From contig JAGXRQ010000019.1 of assembly GCA_018335675.1 (NCBI GenBank), positions 7,006-71,005 of the forward strand: a stretch of DNA of 64,000 nt, read 5' to 3'. The position numbers and the translations under genes were made by a program. Each line of letters begins with the position of its first letter. Position 1 is the first letter of the stretch. Below are positions 60,737-64,000 of the stretch, piece by piece. Source of the stretch: Bacteroidota bacterium. GTDB lineage: Bacteria; Bacteroidota; Bacteroidia; Bacteroidales; UBA7960. The notes under the pieces are model-generated. The model was given only the letters and a program-made list of their open reading frames with translations, did not search any database and had not been told where the DNA came from.

Positions 60737-62137
60737 TTACCAATAGCCTAGAGTCTTTAGCATCGACTTATAGCTTTGTTCTTTTGCAAATAGCTTTGTA
60801 GTATATTGTCCTTCTTCATCACGGTCAATTATTATCAGTTTTGGAGAAGGAATAAGGCAGTGTTGAATTCCTCCGAACCCACCCAAGCTATCCTGATATG
60901 CCCCTGTGTGAAACATGCCAATATATTGTTGAACATCTTTTTTTATTTTTGGAAGAAATATAGCATTGGAATGAGATTCAGCATTGTAATAATCCTGACT
61001 ATCGCATGTTAGTCCTCCGAGGTTAACTCTTTCATATTCCGAGTCCCAATTATTAACAGCCAACAGAATAAATTTTTGCTTTGCAGCCCAAATGTCAGGC
61101 AGTGTTGTCATAAAGCTGCTGTCTATCATATTCCAAAGCTCTCTGTCGTTTTGTTGCTTTTGGTCTAGTATAGAATAAAGCACAGCACCGCTTTCGCCAA
61201 CTGTAAATGCTCCAAATTCAGTGAAGATATGTGGTTCTGGAACGTCTCTTTCAATACATATCTTCTTTATTTGAGATATTATTTCTTCAACAATGTATTC
61301 ATAATCAAACTCAAAGCCTAGTGAGTTTTTGATTGGGAAGCCACCCCCAATATTTAAAGAATCCAGCTCCGGGCAAATTTTCTTGAGGTCGCAGTAAACA
61401 TTAACACACTTCGACAACTCATTCCAATAGTATGCATTGTCCTTTATTCCTGTATTTATAAAGAAATGAAGCATTTTCAAAGAAAACATAGGGTTAGGCT
61501 TAATCTTTTCTTTGTAATAAGGCACAATGTCATTATATCTAACTCCCAAGCGTGATGTATAAAATTCAAACATTGGCTCTTCTTCAGCGGCAATTCTTAT
61601 CCCAAGCTGACATTTTCTGTTTTTGTCGATTAAACTTTCATAAACTTCAATCTCGTTTTTATTGTCAATAACCGGGATAGTATTTTCGAAGCCTTGATTA
61701 ATGAGTTCGCAAATTCTTTCAAGATATAATGGGCGTTTAAAGCCATTGCAAACTATATATGTGTTTTTGTCTATTAAATCTCGCGTGAGTAATTCTTCAA
61801 TTATATAAGTATCAAATGCAGATGAAGTTTCTATATGAATGTCATTTTTTAGTGCTTCTTCCAGTATATATACAAAATGAGAACTTTTTGTGCAATAACA
61901 ATAATGGTAGTCGCCCTGATAATCAACTTTAGACATTGCCACATGAAACATACGCTTTGCTTTCTGAATCTGTTGGCTTATTTTTGGAAGGTAGCTAATC
62001 TTAAGAGGTGTTCCGTATTGTTTTATGATGTCCATTAAACAGATATCATGAAAATACAATTCATTGTCAATTACTTTAAACTCTTCTTGTGGGAATTCAA
62101 AAGTTTGCTCTATCAGGTCGATGTATTTATTCTTCAT
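60737..62137 (-). CDS. speA: Arginine decarboxylase (short Bacteroidota type, PLP fold III)
   Basis: YCTKSSH (PLP Lys), ETSSAFD, CNGFK, NIGGG, TEFG, LTCDS and GAYQ. Confidence 0.85.
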   Translation of the reverse strand: MKNKYIDLIEQTFEFPQEEFKVIDNELYFHDICLMDIIKQYGTPLKISYLPKISQQIQKAKRMFHVAMSKVDYQGDYHYCYCTKSSHFVYILEEALKNDIHIETSSAFDTYIIEELLTRDLIDKNTYIVCNGFKRPLYLERICELINQGFENTIPVIDNKNEIEVYESLIDKNRKCQLGIRIAAEEEPMFEFYTSRLGVRYNDIVPYYKEKIKPNPMFSLKMLHFFINTGIKDNAYYWNELSKCVNVYCDLKKICPELDSLNIGGGFPIKNSLGFEFDYEYIVEEIISQIKKICIERDVPEPHIFTEFGAFTVGESGAVLYSILDQKQQNDRELWNMIDSSFMTTLPDIWAAKQKFILLAVNNWDSEYERVNLGGLTCDSQDYYNAESHSNAIFLPKIKKDVQQYIGMFHTGAYQDSLGGFGGIQHCLIPSPKLIIIDRDEEGQYTTKLFAKEQSYKSMLKTLGYW

Positions 62138-62289
62138 TTATTAAAACAGGTATGACTGATTAAAATGAATTAATTTTTACTGCAAAAGTAATTCATGCGA
62201 ATTGGAGAATAATTCAATTATTTGTAAATCATTTTTGCGATTACAAATATATGCATAATATTGTTAGGCATAAGGATTTAGATGAAAAT

Positions 62290-62326
62290 AAAAAAATGCA
62301 GCTGATGATTTCAACTGCATTTTTTT
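62290..62326 (-). terminator. Intrinsic terminator after lepB
   Basis: AAAAAATGCAGCTGA-TGATT-TCAACTGCATTTTTT hairpin. Confidence 0.7.
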
Positions 62327-62345
62327 AAAATATGTGTAAATCTAA

Positions 62346-63863
62346 CTAATTTACAATTCGTAAAGATTTATTAAGTCTGATTTTTCCGGAAAACCAACCT
62401 TTGTTTTGATCTAATGAAAGCCAAACAAAAAGTGCCTTACCTACAATGTGGTCTTCAGGTACAAACCCCCAAAATCTGGAGTCAGCAGAGTTGTGTCTGT
62501 TGTCGCCTACCATAAAGTAATAATCCATTTTAAAAGTATAACTAGTAGATGGGGTATTGTTTATGTATATAATGTCATCTTTAATTTTTACTTCATTTCC
62601 TTCATAAACATATATAGCTCTTTCATAAAGAGGTAAGTTTTCTTTAGTTAAATCTATTGTCATTCCTTTAGCGGGCAATTGAAGTGGGCCGAAATTATCT
62701 TCATTCCATCTGTAATTTGGATGATGGGGGAAAATATGTTCTTCTCTAATGTTTTTAGCTTTATTCATTTTTTCAACACTAGCTATTTTAGGATTCTTTC
62801 TTAGCTTTTCGGCAATTTCTTCTGTAAGAGCAAAAATATATTCATACTGAGTGTTCATAATCATTCTTGCATCTGTAATGTCGAGCTTTTGAAGGTCTTC
62901 TTGGAATAACATATTGCCGTTTGTAACAACTTTATAATTTTGTTGAACCCCATAATGATTTTCTAACTTCTTCCCGTTGATAAATATAGTACCGTCAATA
63001 ATTTCAAGAATATCTCCCGGAATAGCAACGCAGCGTTTAATGTAATTTTCTCTTTTATCAACAGGCCTTGCAATTATATCTCCAAAAGTTTGTTTATCGC
63101 GCCATACTGTATTTCTGCCATGCTGTCTTATCAGACTATAATAGCTAACATTACTTTGAAACACTGTGCTCACAGTATCACCTTCAGGGTAGTTAAAAAC
63201 TACTACATCATTATTTTTGATTTTAGAAAAACCGGGATATCTGTAGTATGGAAGATTAATCCACTCAAGATATGCCTTTGTATTTTCCAAGAGTGGCATT
63301 GTATGATGAGCAAAAGGAAAAGCAATTGGTGTCATTGGAACACGTGGGCCGTAACTTAATTTACTTACAAATAGATAATCGCCCACCAGCATTGATTTTT
63401 CCATTGATGAAGTTGGGATAGTATAAGCCTCAATAAAGAATGAACGAATAATTGTTGCTGCAATTACAGCAAAAATTATTGCATCAGCCCATTCTCTTGC
63501 TACTGATCGCTTAAAAACTTTCCTGTTGTCGGGGTGAGTGTATTTCTCTTTTTTGCTAAATCCAAGGTAAGGTATAAAAACAAAAGGCAACAGAACTCCA
63601 ACAGTCTGTTCCCAAAGTTTATTCTTCTCAAAGCATTTTAATGTTTCAACAACCATTAGAAGCACAGTGAAAACATTAATATAAGGAATTAGAATAAAAA
63701 TGTACCACCATAATGGCTTCTTGATAATCTTGAGCCAGATATAAAAATTGAATAATGGAATTAAGGCGTAAATACCTTTATAGCCTGCTTTTCTGAAAAT
63801 CATGAACAACCCTATCATGAAAACATTGAAAGTAAGCAGAGTGAAAAACATGTATAAGCTCAT
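62346..63863 (-). CDS. lepB: Signal peptidase I with an N-terminal membrane domain
   Basis: IPTSSME...GDYLFVSK, YIKRCVA.PGD and GDNRHNSADSRFWGFVP. Confidence 0.95.
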   Translation of the reverse strand: MSLYMFFTLLTFNVFMIGLFMIFRKAGYKGIYALIPLFNFYIWLKIIKKPLWWYIFILIPYINVFTVLLMVVETLKCFEKNKLWEQTVGVLLPFVFIPYLGFSKKEKYTHPDNRKVFKRSVAREWADAIIFAVIAATIIRSFFIEAYTIPTSSMEKSMLVGDYLFVSKLSYGPRVPMTPIAFPFAHHTMPLLENTKAYLEWINLPYYRYPGFSKIKNNDVVVFNYPEGDTVSTVFQSNVSYYSLIRQHGRNTVWRDKQTFGDIIARPVDKRENYIKRCVAIPGDILEIIDGTIFINGKKLENHYGVQQNYKVVTNGNMLFQEDLQKLDITDARMIMNTQYEYIFALTEEIAEKLRKNPKIASVEKMNKAKNIREEHIFPHHPNYRWNEDNFGPLQLPAKGMTIDLTKENLPLYERAIYVYEGNEVKIKDDIIYINNTPSTSYTFKMDYYFMVGDNRHNSADSRFWGFVPEDHIVGKALFVWLSLDQNKGWFSGKIRLNKSLRIVN

Positions 63864-63886
63864 TTTTGTGTTTTTAAAGATTAGAA

Positions 63887-64000
63887 TTAAAAGTTTAATA
63901 AATCTTGCATTGTATATATACCCTTTTTGTCATAAACCCATTCTGCCGCCATTAGTGCTCCTTTTACGAAGCCAATTCGACTATTTGCTGAGTGTGATAT
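63887..64000 (-). CDS. dapB: 3' end of 4-hydroxy-tetrahydrodipicolinate reductase (partial)
   Basis: Manual translation gives ISHSANSRIGFVKGALMAAEWVYDKKGIYTMQDLLNF*, matching the DapB C-terminus. dapB-lepB order is typical of Bacteroidota. Confidence 0.8.
   Translation of the reverse strand: MSHSANSRIGFVKGALMAAEWVYDKKGIYTMQDLLNF

Noticed and set aside
1385-63359. Many short ORFs antisense to or nested in long genes
   Set aside because: They are shadows of well-supported genes and carry no independent motifs.

Overview
An AT-rich chromosomal segment from a Bacteroidota organism, probably Bacteroidales-like (type IX secretion genes, TAnnTTTG promoters, few Shine-Dalgarno sites). Most of it is housekeeping and envelope genes: uvrA, an ECF sigma factor, murB, a phosphosugar mutase, anmK, murF, gldJ, a PorP/SprF gene, porU-porV-ispF, lptB, recQ, a Skp gene, iaaA, a glycosylation cluster, a TetR-TolC-MFP-RND operon, yggS, guaA, a LysM gene, lolA, ftsK, speA, lepB and the 3' end of dapB. 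An accessory block of about 7.7 kb lies between divergent yggS and guaA. It holds an ArsE/R/F/F/G/P-like plus rhodanese operon and an AbiE type IV toxin-antitoxin pair. The most unusual signal is non-coding: several intergenic regions are mosaics of 7- to 11-bp tandem arrays and REP-like palindromes. These include (i) four co-oriented copies of a structured repeat that separate the AbiE and small-gene segments like a cassette array, (ii) a recurring CCCCCTAAAGGGGGAGCTG core followed each time by a different heptamer array, and (iii) mirror-image heptamer arrays forming a perfect 39-bp inverted repeat around the yggS promoter. A T9SS cargo gene (LRR/Ig/FN3) has one in-frame amber codon. I saw no rRNA, tRNA, CRISPR array, integrase or transposase. 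All family assignments come from motif recognition by eye, not database searches.
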